In this document: positions 31,059-40,881 of the stretch, piece by piece
Layout: each line of letters starts with the position of its first letter
How positions within the stretch are numbered: the first letter of the stretch is position 1
NCBI GenBank assembly: GCA_965369995.1
Contig: CBDURO010000007.1
Span: 860 to 64,859, forward strand
DNA: 64,000 nucleotides
Origin: an uncultured bacterium
GTDB taxonomy: Bacteria; Fidelibacterota; Marinisomatia; Marinisomatales; JAHJCW01
Reading direction: 5' to 3'
The notes under the pieces: model-generated
The model's input: the letters and a program-made list of their open reading frames with translations, nothing else
Databases searched by the model: none
What the model was told of the DNA's origin: nothing
Translations under genes and position numbers: made by a program

Positions 31059-31420
31059 TTATCTAAACCAACTTTTTCCTTTACATCTTCAATGATTTCA
31101 TTGAATTCATCCTTTGCTACTTCTCCAGCTTTTTTCTTAGCAGCGTCTTTAATATTTTCTTTTGTTTCTTCAGCATTATCTTTACTGCGTGAAATGGTTT
31201 CCTTAACACTGTCTTTAATTCCGTCAAACGATTTAGGAATGTCTTGGCCTGTCCATAACAGGTATGCAATATAAATCACAAACGCTGCGAGAATGATCAT
31301 CGCAAGCTTAAAAAGTTTCTTAATCACTCCGAATACAATAAGTACTGCAAATATAACAGCTAAAATCAAAAAGAAAGGATTTTGCAATAAATTAGTGAAA
31401 GTTTCTATCCATCCATCCAT
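31055..31420 (-). CDS. Hypothetical membrane protein with charged C-terminal coil
   Basis: AGGAG RBS; two TM helices then a K/E-rich tail. Confidence 0.6.
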   Translation of the reverse strand: MDGWIETFTNLLQNPFFLILAVIFAVLIVFGVIKKLFKLAMIILAAFVIYIAYLLWTGQDIPKSFDGIKDSVKETISRSKDNAEETKENIKDAAKKKAGEVAKDEFNEIIEDVKEKVGLDN

Positions 31421-31509
31421 GTCAATATTCTCCTGTTTTTGCTACCTTTTTACTGTGAAATATGGTAATGTTTTATAAAATTCTGTTATCAATTTAAAAC
31501 AATATCTAA

Positions 31510-32145
31510 TTGATGAAAACCAATTTAAAAATCACAATAGTAATTTTTATTTTCGCATTAGCGATGATATTTGGTCAGACAAAGTATCCCGCTGATACAC
31601 TCTTAACATCTAAAAAAATATCTCTCATTAAAAAAGTTGGAATTTTGCCTATCGCTGCATTTCAGCGATTTACATATAATGTTGATGGGCTTAATTGCCA
31701 ATTTTACCCAAGTTGCAGTAATTATGGCGCTCAAGCAATACAAGATTATGGTTTAATTCGCGGAAGTTTTATGGTATCTGATAGAATTGTACGCTGCAAT
31801 CCGAGTTCTTTAGTGCACCATTTAAAACATGGCGGAGAATTCAATCCCATCAATAAGCGGCTAATTGATCCTGTTCATCTACCCCAACCGGCGGTGTTTA
31901 ATAAATCGCCTGCATTGGCGGCATCGCTTTCAGCAGTAATACCGGGAACAGGAAGACTATATGCCGGCAGGTGGTTTGATGGATTTATGGGACTATCACA
32001 ATTTTTACTTTATGCCGCTATTACAAATTATGCTTATCAAAATGACTGGAAAGTATTAACGGCAATTTCGGGTGGGATTACTTTTATTGTTTATGGCGGA
32101 GAAATATATGGAGCGTATCGTACAGCTAAATATTATCAGCCATAG
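31510..32145 (+). CDS. YidD-like (membrane protein insertion efficiency factor) domain fused to TM region
   Basis: 'CQFYPSCSNYG.QAI..YG…DRIVRCNP'; C-terminal 'LSAVIPGTGRLY' TM2-like segment. Confidence 0.7.
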   Translation: MMKTNLKITIVIFIFALAMIFGQTKYPADTLLTSKKISLIKKVGILPIAAFQRFTYNVDGLNCQFYPSCSNYGAQAIQDYGLIRGSFMVSDRIVRCNPSSLVHHLKHGGEFNPINKRLIDPVHLPQPAVFNKSPALAASLSAVIPGTGRLYAGRWFDGFMGLSQFLLYAAITNYAYQNDWKVLTAISGGITFIVYGGEIYGAYRTAKYYQP

Positions 32146-32150
32146 GAAAT

Positions 32151-32492
32151 TTATTTAGTAATTATGAAAACAGCTATCGCAATTCCCAAACCATCCGCAA
32201 TAAGATCACCCCAATCAAACGATCTTTCTTTGGTTTGACAATCATTTATTTCTTTAGCTAGTCCAATTAAGGCACTTGAGCTAACAGAATATGATAGGGC
32301 TTTGTGCTCATCGAAACCTGATTTATTTACCATAATATATTGACTGCTTAAAGTCCATAAGCAACTAAATGCAACGTGTTTAATTTTATCAAAACCAATG
32401 GTGTGATGTTTTGCAGTTAAACTATCTGCTTCGGCACTTTGGGCAAAACAGATACTAAACATTATTATAATTGTTACAACAAACGCTTTCAT
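32151..32492 (-). CDS. Hypothetical membrane protein (VanZ/YfiM-like)
   Basis: 'DKIKH…GLAKEIND…FDWGDLIADGLG'. Confidence 0.6.
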   Translation of the reverse strand: MKAFVVTIIIMFSICFAQSAEADSLTAKHHTIGFDKIKHVAFSCLWTLSSQYIMVNKSGFDEHKALSYSVSSSALIGLAKEINDCQTKERSFDWGDLIADGLGIAIAVFIITK

Positions 32493-32569
32493 ATTTGAAC
32501 TATTATTTAATCAGAATTTATCTTTTTCAACTGTAACTTTCATTACCTCAAATAACTTAGGAGTCAATC

Positions 32570-33469
32570 ATGAAGTATATCATGCTACTTTTTGTCTTAA
32601 TTTCCTTTGCATATTCTCAAGAGGCACAAACCGTTACTATTATTACAACCGATGGTTCTGAAATAATTGGAAATATTATTGAAGAATCGGATACTGAATA
32701 TCAAATCAAAACTCCCGCCGGATTGACTGTTACTATTCCTAAAAGCGCTGTTTTTAAAATGACAGAATTCGAAGGGTTGGTAAAAGGGGGAAAACTTTTC
32801 CGTACTGACCCGAATAAAAGTATGTATTTATTCGCTCCCTCTGCATTTCCAATTGAAAAAGGAAACAAATATTGCCGTGATTTCTGTGTGTTTTTCCCGT
32901 CAATAAATTATGGTGTAAATAATATAATTTCTTTACAAGCCGGTTTTATTTGGGTTCCCGGTATTAAGCTTGATCAGATTCCGTTGATCGGCAGCGCGAA
33001 AGCCACTATTTTTCAAAAGGATAAAATCGGTTTAGCCGCTGGTGCTATGTATGTTAGAATACCTGACTTTTCTAGCGATAACGATGATGAATTCAATTCC
33101 GACGATAACAATGATGAATTCAATACAAGCGGCGGCGGTGGATTTATCTTTGCAAGCGGAACTTACGGAGATCGTTTTAACCACGGTTCTTTACTGATTG
33201 GATGGGGTTATGGACACTCTGATGGAGATTGGGAATTGATGGATAGACCAATTGTTGTATTAGCAGGGAATTTTAGAGTAACAAATACAATTGCAATTGT
33301 TACTGAAAATTGGTTTCCACCAGATTTAGAATTCAGTCAATTTCCTTTTATGTTAGCAGCGCGATTCTTTGGTAAACGAATAGCAGTTGATATTGGCGGC
33401 ATATTTATTATTGATGCTCTGAAAGAAGGGCTGCCTATTCCAATAATCAATTTTACATATCATTTTTAA
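32570..33469 (+). CDS. Hypothetical secreted/outer-membrane protein
   Basis: Signal peptide, AGGAG RBS, C-terminal 'FTYHF'. Confidence 0.65.
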   Translation: MKYIMLLFVLISFAYSQEAQTVTIITTDGSEIIGNIIEESDTEYQIKTPAGLTVTIPKSAVFKMTEFEGLVKGGKLFRTDPNKSMYLFAPSAFPIEKGNKYCRDFCVFFPSINYGVNNIISLQAGFIWVPGIKLDQIPLIGSAKATIFQKDKIGLAAGAMYVRIPDFSSDNDDEFNSDDNNDEFNTSGGGGFIFASGTYGDRFNHGSLLIGWGYGHSDGDWELMDRPIVVLAGNFRVTNTIAIVTENWFPPDLEFSQFPFMLAARFFGKRIAVDIGGIFIIDALKEGLPIPIINFTYHF

Positions 33470-33478
33470 ATAGTTTAA

Positions 33479-33532
33479 GCCACAGAGGGCACAAAAATAA
33501 GATTTTCTTAGAGTCTTCGTGCCTTTGTGGTT
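33479..33532. repeat. REP-like inverted-repeat pair (GCCACAGAGGGCAC…GTGCCTTTGTGG)
   Basis: Imperfect inverted arms; the 14-mer GCCACAGAGGGCAC recurs exactly at 58201-58214. Confidence 0.65.
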
Positions 33533-33540
33533 AAAAATTT

Positions 33541-33623
33541 ACCACCGTAGCTTCCCGACTAGTCGGGAGTAGAGCAGTTCATTCGTAATGAACGGGTAGG
33601 GGGTTCGAGTCCTCTCGGTGGCT
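33541..33623 (+). pseudogene. Degenerate tRNA-Thr(CGT) copy with palindromic insert in D-arm
   Basis: Matches the tRNA at 34691 except for G1>A, CAGTTG replaced by TCCCGACTAGTCGGGA, and two further substitutions. Confidence 0.75.
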
Positions 33624-33629
33624 CAATGT

Positions 33630-33679
33630 TCGGGGGTTCCCTGTCCGACGAAGCCTTGGCGCAGGCGGGAAATCCTCTC
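33630..33679 (+). pseudogene. tRNA-Thr T-arm fragment split by a 30-nt hairpin
   Basis: TCGGGGGTTC|CCTGTCCGACGAAGCCTTGGCGCAGGCGGG|AAATCCTCTC versus tRNA TCGGGGGTTC-AAGTCCTCTC. Confidence 0.65.
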
Positions 33680-33789
33680 AAAGACAAGTAAGTTAGGCCT
33701 ATAATTTATACACTTTTTGCTACCATACTGCTACCATCAAAGCTAAAATAATCTGTAAATTTGTAGCACAATAATAAAAGAGAAGATTC

Positions 33790-34401
33790 ATGACAAATTT
33801 AAGTCCGCAGTTAATATTAGATATATGTCCACACTGCTCAATAGCAAACCCAAACTTAAACCAGATATACAGAAGTGATTCAACAGACCATGAAGGGAAA
33901 AACCAAAGGTTTTGGATTTTATATATGTGTCGTAAATGTGGTGGCATGGTGACAGCAAGTGCCCGAGATTATGGACAACCTACCTTAGAAATATTTCCAT
34001 CAAGTACAGAAATAAGCAATGACATTCCTAGTCGCGCAAAAGATTTCTTGGAACAATCCGTAGCAAGCATTCATGCTCCCGCTGGCGCTGTTATGTTAAC
34101 AGCAAGTTCTGTTGATGCAATGCTTAAAGATAAAGGTTATAAAGACGGCGGTTTGTATGAACGAATTGAAAAAGCAGTTGAAGAACATTTGTTAACACCT
34201 GAAATGGCAATTTGGGCTCATGAAGTAAGACTTGATGCAAATGACCAGCGACATGCTGATGAAGAAGCTTCAATACCTTCAGGAGAAGATGCAAAAAAGG
34301 CAGTTGATTTTACTAAAGCAATTGCTGAATACTTATTTGTTCTACCCGCAAGAATTCAACGTGGTTTAGGAAACAAGCCATCTAAATCCAAATCAAAATA
34401 A
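33790..34401 (+). CDS. DUF4145-domain protein with N-terminal Zn-finger-like CxxC pairs
   Basis: CPHC…CRKC; 'LYERIEKA…WAHEVRLDAND..H'. Confidence 0.75.
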   Translation: MTNLSPQLILDICPHCSIANPNLNQIYRSDSTDHEGKNQRFWILYMCRKCGGMVTASARDYGQPTLEIFPSSTEISNDIPSRAKDFLEQSVASIHAPAGAVMLTASSVDAMLKDKGYKDGGLYERIEKAVEEHLLTPEMAIWAHEVRLDANDQRHADEEASIPSGEDAKKAVDFTKAIAEYLFVLPARIQRGLGNKPSKSKSK

Positions 34402-34690
34402 TAATTTCATATATCTATTTTTTAATGTCCTTATAAGAATTATTTCTGATATTTTTGCATAATTGCTACCTCAAATGCTAAGTTTAATTATAACCTAAAT
34501 TATAAGCTCTTCTTCTAATTCTATTGGTATAAGAACAGAGTCCCCAAGGAAAAACTTGGGATTTTTGTAATTAAACCGGAGGAATCTTATGACCGAAAGA
34601 TCAAAAAATGGTATGTTGTTAAACCTTATACTTATATTTTTTCACACCACATTTTAATCGTATTTTCCGCCGTTAATTTTAGATAGTTAT

Positions 34691-34763
34691 GCCACCGTAG
34701 CTCAGTTGGTAGAGCAGTTCATTCGTAATGAACGGGTCGGGGGTTCAAGTCCTCTCGGTGGCT
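34691..34763 (+). tRNA. tRNA-Thr (anticodon CGT)
   Basis: GCCACCG/CGGTGGC acceptor stem, GCTC/GAGC D-stem, GTTCA-TT-CGT-AA-TGAAC anticodon arm, TTCAAGT T-loop; CCA not encoded. Confidence 0.95.
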
Positions 34764-34876
34764 CTTTTGTTTTATACAGCCACCCACCAGCGCCACTGAC
34801 TACACCAAGGTTTCGTCAGTTAAAAAGGCTTTGGTGGACAGGCAGAGATCACAGAGAAAAACAATATCTCTTGTCA

Positions 34877-34966
34877 TGTCATTGCGAATCCCGATTTATC
34901 GGGTGAAGCAATCTCCGACCGTTGGGGGATTACCGCGTCGCTCGTTCCTCACTCCTCGCAATGACA
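34877..34966. repeat. Palindromic element TGTCATTGCGA…TCGCAATGACA with nested CCCGATTTATCGGG
   Basis: Perfect 11-bp terminal inverted repeat with internal hairpins. Confidence 0.7.
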
Positions 34967-35185
34967 ATGCTACTAAAATATTAATATTTTTATACTTACA
35001 AGATTAATAAAGAAATATTGCTATTTAAATATTAATGTTGTAATCTCGCGCAAGTTGTCAGTTGTTGTGACAAGGATTTAGATGCAGAAACAATTTATAT
35101 TTATTACAAATCTTAAATAGAAGTATCTTCTATACTCCAATCAGAACTCTGGACAAAATTTAATAATCAATTAGGAAAAAGTAAC

Positions 35186-35398
35186 ATGGCAAAACGTGAA
35201 ACAGGCACAGTAAAATGGTTTAATGACAAAAAAGGTTTTGGATTTATCAGTCGTGAAGGCGGCGATGACCTTTTCGTACATTTTAATGAAATTGCATCCG
35301 AAGGTGGTTTTAAAACTTTAAAAGAAAACGCAAAAGTTGAATTTGAAGTAATTAAGACTGAAAAAGGCGAAGCAGCATCAAAAGTAACAACCATTTAG
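35186..35398 (+). CDS. Cold-shock protein
   Basis: GTVKWFN.KKGFGFI and DLFVHF RNP motifs. Confidence 0.95.
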   Translation: MAKRETGTVKWFNDKKGFGFISREGGDDLFVHFNEIASEGGFKTLKENAKVEFEVIKTEKGEAASKVTTI

Positions 35399-35417
35399 TC
35401 AATATTCACTAAATATG

Positions 35418-35447
35418 AAAAAGCCCTGCTTAGCGGGGCTTTTTTTT
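35418..35447 (+). terminator. Intrinsic terminator of csp
   Basis: AAAAAGCCCTGC-TTA-GCGGGGCTTTTTTTT. Confidence 0.8.
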
Positions 35448-35458
35448 GTATTTAATAT

Positions 35459-35486
35459 GTAGAGACGTAAGATCTTACGTCTCTAC
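35459..35486. repeat. GTAG-type REP-like perfect palindrome
   Basis: GTAGAGACGTAAGA-TCTTACGTCTCTAC, a 28-nt perfect palindrome between convergent genes. Confidence 0.7.
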
Positions 35487-35495
35487 TCATAACAA

Positions 35496-35936
35496 TTAAT
35501 TTTCGTTTTTCTCTACTTCCAATAATTCCACTTCAAAAATTAACGTAGCATTTGGCGGTATTGCATCACCTGCACCACGAACTCCATAGCCCATTTCCGG
35601 TGGAATTGTAAGCGTGCGATTTCCTCCTATTTTCATACCGACAAAACCCTCATCCCAACCACGAATGACTTGACCCATACCGACTGTAAATCTAAATGGA
35701 TCGCGTCCCGGATTTTTAGATGAATCAAATACGGTTCCATCTTCCAATTTTCCGGTGTAGTGAACAGTAAGTATATCAAATTTCTCGGCTTCTAAACCTT
35801 CTCCAACTACATTATCAACTATAATTAAACCACTTTTCATTTTCACCTCATTTTTTTCTTCGTTACAACCAAAAACCGCCAAAAATGCCAACAGCATAAC
35901 GCCGATTATAGTTATATTTATCATTCTTTTTTGCAT
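35496..35936 (-). CDS. FKBP-type peptidyl-prolyl isomerase (lipoprotein)
   Basis: VHYTGKL.DG..FDSS, VIRGWDEG, IPPNATLIFEVELL. Confidence 0.93.
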   Translation of the reverse strand: MQKRMINITIIGVMLLAFLAVFGCNEEKNEVKMKSGLIIVDNVVGEGLEAEKFDILTVHYTGKLEDGTVFDSSKNPGRDPFRFTVGMGQVIRGWDEGFVGMKIGGNRTLTIPPEMGYGVRGAGDAIPPNATLIFEVELLEVEKNEN

Positions 35937-36015
35937 ATGCTACTCATTTCCTTTTCAGTAAATTACCGTAATTAAAATTTACTATCTACTGCTTTGTTTT
36001 ATGTAAATTGATGTA

Positions 36016-37317
36016 ATGAACACAACTAAGTCAATATTCAATCAGCATTTACCGCCGTTAGCCGATAGGTTGCGTCCGCAAACTATCGATGATTTTGTAG
36101 GACAGGAACATTTGGTTGGCAGCGATAAAATTCTATCTTTGTTATCCAAATCACAGAAGCCGTTTTCGATGATATTTTGGGGTCCGCCCGGCTCTGGTAA
36201 AACAACTTTAGCACGAATAATTGCAAAATCATCAAATGCAAATATTGAGGAGATATCAGCTGTATCAAGTGGTGTTAAAGAATTACGCAAAATCATAGAA
36301 GTTGCTAAAAGTAATTTAGACATTGGTACAATCACAATTTTATTCATTGATGAAATTCATCGTTTTAGTAAATCACAGCAAGATGCATTATTACACGCTG
36401 TTGAAGATGGAACAATAATTTTAATTGGCGCAACTACTGAAAATCCATCATTCGAAGTAATTAGTCCGTTGCTTTCGCGCTGTCGAGTGTTGGTATTAAA
36501 ACCATTATCAGACAAATCACTTAAATCAATTTTAGATAATGCATTCAATACAGATATTATTCTGCAAAAAAATGAAATTGAATTGTCAGATAATATTAAG
36601 ACGCAACTAATTCAATCTGCCGGCGGCGATGCCCGAAAAATGCTCAATGCACTGGAAATTTCTATTAGTTTATTAGGCGGAAAAGGCGAAGTTACCGCTT
36701 CAATTTTGAACGAAGCTTTGCAAAAGCGTACACAGTTATATGATAAAACCGGTGATTATCATTACGATACAATCAGTGCGTTCATCAAATCGGTGCGCGG
36801 AAGCGATCCTGACGCAGCAATTTACTGGTTAGCAACTATGTTGGAAGGTGGCGAAAAACCTGAATTTATCGCGCGGCGTTTAGTTATTTTAGCATCAGAA
36901 GACATTGGCAATGCCGATCCGCAAGGCTTATCTATCGCCATTGCGGGATTCCAAGCGGTACATATGATCGGAATGCCGGAAGCAGCAATTACCCTTGCGC
37001 AAGTGACTACCTATCTTGCATCTGCTCCTAAATCAAATGCATCATACTTGGCTCTTAAAAAAGCACAAGGATTGATAAAAAATAAAGGAACAGCCTCAGT
37101 ACCAATGCATTTACGAAATGCACCAACACAACTAATGAAAAAATTGGATTACGGAAAGAATTACGAATATCCCCATGATTATCCGGAACATTTTGTTAAT
37201 ACAAATTATTTTCCAGAAAATATTGCTGAATCTTTTTATAGTCCAACCAAATTGGGCTATGAAAAATATATTTCCGATCGATTATCAAAATTATGGCCAT
37301 CAAGATTCAATAAATAA
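36016..37317 (+). CDS. rarA: Replication-associated recombination protein A (MgsA/RarA)
   Basis: PLADRLRP, GPPGSGKTT, DEIHRF, GATTENP, SAFIKSVRGSDPDAA. Confidence 0.95.
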   Translation: MNTTKSIFNQHLPPLADRLRPQTIDDFVGQEHLVGSDKILSLLSKSQKPFSMIFWGPPGSGKTTLARIIAKSSNANIEEISAVSSGVKELRKIIEVAKSNLDIGTITILFIDEIHRFSKSQQDALLHAVEDGTIILIGATTENPSFEVISPLLSRCRVLVLKPLSDKSLKSILDNAFNTDIILQKNEIELSDNIKTQLIQSAGGDARKMLNALEISISLLGGKGEVTASILNEALQKRTQLYDKTGDYHYDTISAFIKSVRGSDPDAAIYWLATMLEGGEKPEFIARRLVILASEDIGNADPQGLSIAIAGFQAVHMIGMPEAAITLAQVTTYLASAPKSNASYLALKKAQGLIKNKGTASVPMHLRNAPTQLMKKLDYGKNYEYPHDYPEHFVNTNYFPENIAESFYSPTKLGYEKYISDRLSKLWPSRFNK

Positions 37318-40300
37318 TGCGTTTTAAACTTTTATTATTACTATTACCACTTTATCTACTTGCTGATGAACGCTTACGTTTAGTCCAAGCTGATGTACTG
37401 GAAAATGTAATTAAGAATGGTATTGCTGTTCAAATTTTAACAGGAGATATAATTTTTAAAAAGGGTGCGCTAACTCTATCTTGTGATTTTGCCCATTATA
37501 CTGAAAAAACTGGACAGGGTTTTCTGATTGGTAACGCTAAAGCAGAAAAAGATAGTGTTACTATCACTGCTGATACTTTAAATTTCATTTCTCCAACAGA
37601 TAAACTGATTGCTAACGGAAACGCCCATGTTTGGGATAATGATTTTGACCTTACTTCCAATTCAATTATTTATTTCACCAAAATCGATAGCGGCAGAGCT
37701 ATTGGTAAGGCAAAATTAGTACAAAAAAATCAGGAAATTATAGCCGATACTTTAAATTACTCAAAACCTGTAGAAAAAGAATCAGCAAGTTATGCTGCGA
37801 TAGGTAATGTTACTATTATAAGTGATGCTAGAATTATTACCTGTGGCAGGGCATTTTACGAGCTCGAAACGGAAATAGCACAATTAACTAATGAACCAAA
37901 AATAACTTCTGATGAGGAAGTATTATCCGGTGATGAAATAAATGTCCATTTTAAAGATGAAGAATTACAATATTTATTTATTCTCTCGGGTGCAAAAGCG
38001 TATTCAATCCATCAAAATAAAACGTTAGGTGAATACAAAGACGATATGACAGGCAAAATACTTAAAGCATATTTTATCGAAGGGGAACTCGATTCAATGC
38101 GTTTAGAAGGTATGGCGACAACTCTTTATCACGTTTTTAACGATACAATTTATGAAGGGGTAAATGTAACTTCCGGCGATACAATTTCTTTACAATTTAC
38201 TGATCAAGAATTGCAACAGATTTACGTATCGGGCGGAGCGCGCGGAACCTACACACCGGACTCATCTAACAAAAGTTTAGATAATATAATACGCTATTCT
38301 GCAAACAATATTGACTACCAAATCCCCGAGGAAACAACACATTTGATTGGTAATGCTCAAGTAGATTATACAGACATGACACTGACTGCCGGTTTTATTG
38401 GGGTTAATTGGCAAACTAATATCTTAGACGCTTTGCCTAAAGCTGCTAATGACTCAACATCGCGCGAAATAAAACCAACCATAAAAGAAGGCGGTCAGGA
38501 ACCAATGTATGGCGATGCTATGAAATATGATCTACAAACACAGCGCGGAAAAATACTGCACGGGAAAACCAAAGCTGAAGATGGATACTATACTAGTTCC
38601 GAAATTCGTAATGAAAACAAAGACGTTTTTTATATGAAACAAAGTATTTACACCACCTGCGATTTAGATACACCACATTTCCACTTTGCCAGCTCTAAAA
38701 TGAAAATGATACATAATGATAAAGTGATAGCAAAGCCAATAACGCTTTATCTTGCTCAAATTCCAATCATTAGTTTACCTTTTGCTGTATTACCGCAGCA
38801 GAAAGGTGGAAGACAATCCGGTTGGATAATGCCCTCTTATGGGACAAGTAGTTTACGAGGTCACTACCTTGACGGGCTTGGTTACTTTTGGGCATTTAAT
38901 GATTATTTTGATAGCAGACTTCTAGTAAGCTTGGCAGATTTACAAGGCATTAGATTAAAATTAACTAATCGTTATAATGTCCGCTATAAGTATTCAGGTA
39001 ATTTGCATCTTGAAACGCGGCAATATTTATCTTCCGGAGAAAAAGATATATTTAATATATTTGGTCCGCGGAAAAAAGATTACGTAGTAAAGTGGTCACA
39101 TAAACAACTACTACGAGGTAATCAATCGTTAAATGTAAATGCTAGTTACTATAGCAACAGTGATTATAATTATGTTACTTCTTTAGATCCAATCAAAAGG
39201 ATGAATCAACAAGCAATTTCCAATGCCACTTATTCCAAGCGTTGGCCGAAAAGTAATAATTCTATCAGTATAAATTTATCATCAAACACGGATTTGATGG
39301 CTGATCGCAAGATCGAATTAGGAAGCGCTTTTTATCAAAAACCGATTAAAGCCGGTACAAAGTTGAGCATAACAACAATGACTTTGCCTAAGTTTTCTTT
39401 ACGTCATGGGCAACGACCAATATTCCCAACTAAATCTTCTGATAAATCATGGTATAATAATATCACATGGAGTTATTCATCAAATTTTACTAATAAAAAT
39501 AAAAGTTATTATGAATCAGTAGAAGGTGATACAACCGGCGATTTTAAATGGGAAGCCGATACGAATGGTGATGGAATAGCACATACAACAATCGATAAAT
39601 TATTTACTCACTCGTTCTCTTTTAGCGCACCACAAAAACTTTTCCGCCATATATCAGTTAATCCCAGTTTATCCGTCAAATCCGATTGGGTGGATGAATA
39701 TTTTGCAGCCCAGTTGGATTCCACCGGAACATACGAATCTGTAAAAACAAGTGGGTTTACTACCCGTACAACCGGTTCATTCAACTTGAATATGGGAACA
39801 CAGTTATATGGACTCTTTCCATTAAAAATCGGTAAAGTGAATGGTTTGCGCCACGTTGCTTCACCATCAATCGGTTACTCTTACACACCCGATTTTTCCA
39901 AACCACTACTAAATTACGATCTTAAATATTTCACAACCATTACAGATAGTTCCGGCAATGAAATACAACACGATCGATTCAAAGGAACTTTAGCCGGTAG
40001 TACATCGCAACGTGAACGCCAATCTTTAAATTTTTCATTAAACAATGTATTTCAAACAAAATTAGTTGAAGGCAAATCGGAAAGAAAAATTGACTTACTA
40101 TCATGGCGTTTATCTACAAATTATAACTTTGCAGCTGAAGAATTCCAACTCTCAAACCTAAGATCATCTATCAGGACCGGATTAAGTAAATCGCTTAAAT
40201 TAGACATCTCACTTACGCACGATTTTTATAAATATGACTTTGAAAATAATAAAAGAATTAACTCAATTATAATGTCAAATAATATCCCAAAACCACGCTT

Positions 40301-40805
40301 AATAAATGCCCGTTTTTCAACCGGGTTTAAATTTTCCGGCAAGCGGTTAAAAGCCTCTATTACACCTGAAAATGATTTAACTGCAGACACATCAAGTGTT
40401 AATGATTTAGATGATTTTGGACAAAATATCAATTTAAAACTAAGTCCCAAGCAAATAGGCGGAGGACAATTGTGGAGCACCAATATTAGTTTAAGTTATT
40501 CGTATAATGCAGCAAATCCAACCAATATTATTAAATCATTTTGGATGAATACCAATACCACATTACAAGCCACACCGAATTGGAGGATTCAGCATAATGC
40601 ACGATTCGATTTAGAAAATCAATCCTTGGTTAGTCAAAGCTTTTCGATTTATCGTGATTTACACTGTTGGGAAATGTCTATTTCTTGGACTCCGGGTGGC
40701 TATGGTCAAGGAATCTACTTACGAATAAATGTAAAATCTCCTACGCTAAAAGATTTGAAACTCGAAGAGCGGGGCGGTATTTTCCAAAGAAGGGCTCAAT
40801 TTTAA
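37317..40805 (+). CDS. lptD: LPS-assembly protein LptD-like with extended OstA-like N-terminus
   Basis: OstA-like repeats (ITADTL…A.GNA), 'YTTCD…PHFHF', 'SGWIMPSYG', 'RDLHCWEM'. Confidence 0.8.
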   Translation: MRFKLLLLLLPLYLLADERLRLVQADVLENVIKNGIAVQILTGDIIFKKGALTLSCDFAHYTEKTGQGFLIGNAKAEKDSVTITADTLNFISPTDKLIANGNAHVWDNDFDLTSNSIIYFTKIDSGRAIGKAKLVQKNQEIIADTLNYSKPVEKESASYAAIGNVTIISDARIITCGRAFYELETEIAQLTNEPKITSDEEVLSGDEINVHFKDEELQYLFILSGAKAYSIHQNKTLGEYKDDMTGKILKAYFIEGELDSMRLEGMATTLYHVFNDTIYEGVNVTSGDTISLQFTDQELQQIYVSGGARGTYTPDSSNKSLDNIIRYSANNIDYQIPEETTHLIGNAQVDYTDMTLTAGFIGVNWQTNILDALPKAANDSTSREIKPTIKEGGQEPMYGDAMKYDLQTQRGKILHGKTKAEDGYYTSSEIRNENKDVFYMKQSIYTTCDLDTPHFHFASSKMKMIHNDKVIAKPITLYLAQIPIISLPFAVLPQQKGGRQSGWIMPSYGTSSLRGHYLDGLGYFWAFNDYFDSRLLVSLADLQGIRLKLTNRYNVRYKYSGNLHLETRQYLSSGEKDIFNIFGPRKKDYVVKWSHKQLLRGNQSLNVNASYYSNSDYNYVTSLDPIKRMNQQAISNATYSKRWPKSNNSISINLSSNTDLMADRKIELGSAFYQKPIKAGTKLSITTMTLPKFSLRHGQRPIFPTKSSDKSWYNNITWSYSSNFTNKNKSYYESVEGDTTGDFKWEADTNGDGIAHTTIDKLFTHSFSFSAPQKLFRHISVNPSLSVKSDWVDEYFAAQLDSTGTYESVKTSGFTTRTTGSFNLNMGTQLYGLFPLKIGKVNGLRHVASPSIGYSYTPDFSKPLLNYDLKYFTTITDSSGNEIQHDRFKGTLAGSTSQRERQSLNFSLNNVFQTKLVEGKSERKIDLLSWRLSTNYNFAAEEFQLSNLRSSIRTGLSKSLKLDISLTHDFYKYDFENNKRINSIIMSNNIPKPRLINARFSTGFKFSGKRLKASITPENDLTADTSSVNDLDDFGQNINLKLSPKQIGGGQLWSTNISLSYSYNAANPTNIIKSFWMNTNTTLQATPNWRIQHNARFDLENQSLVSQSFSIYRDLHCWEMSISWTPGGYGQGIYLRINVKSPTLKDLKLEERGGIFQRRAQF

Positions 40806-40881
40806 CTAATAAATAGAACTAAACAAGTATTTGTTCTTTTAACGAATATTTGGAAATTCAGATATAAAATAAAGGAAAATA

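Noticed and set aside
33541-33623. Extended tRNA as a possible tRNA-Sec (selC)
   Set aside because: The anticodon is CGT, not TCA, the extra length is in the D-arm rather than the variable arm, and the sequence derives from tRNA-Thr.
34706-34906. 66-aa ORF over tRNA-Thr
   Set aside because: It is a translation of the tRNA and palindromic repeats.
33470-35490. CRISPR array or intact IS/prophage
   Set aside because: There are no regularly spaced identical repeats and no cas, transposase or integrase gene in the window.
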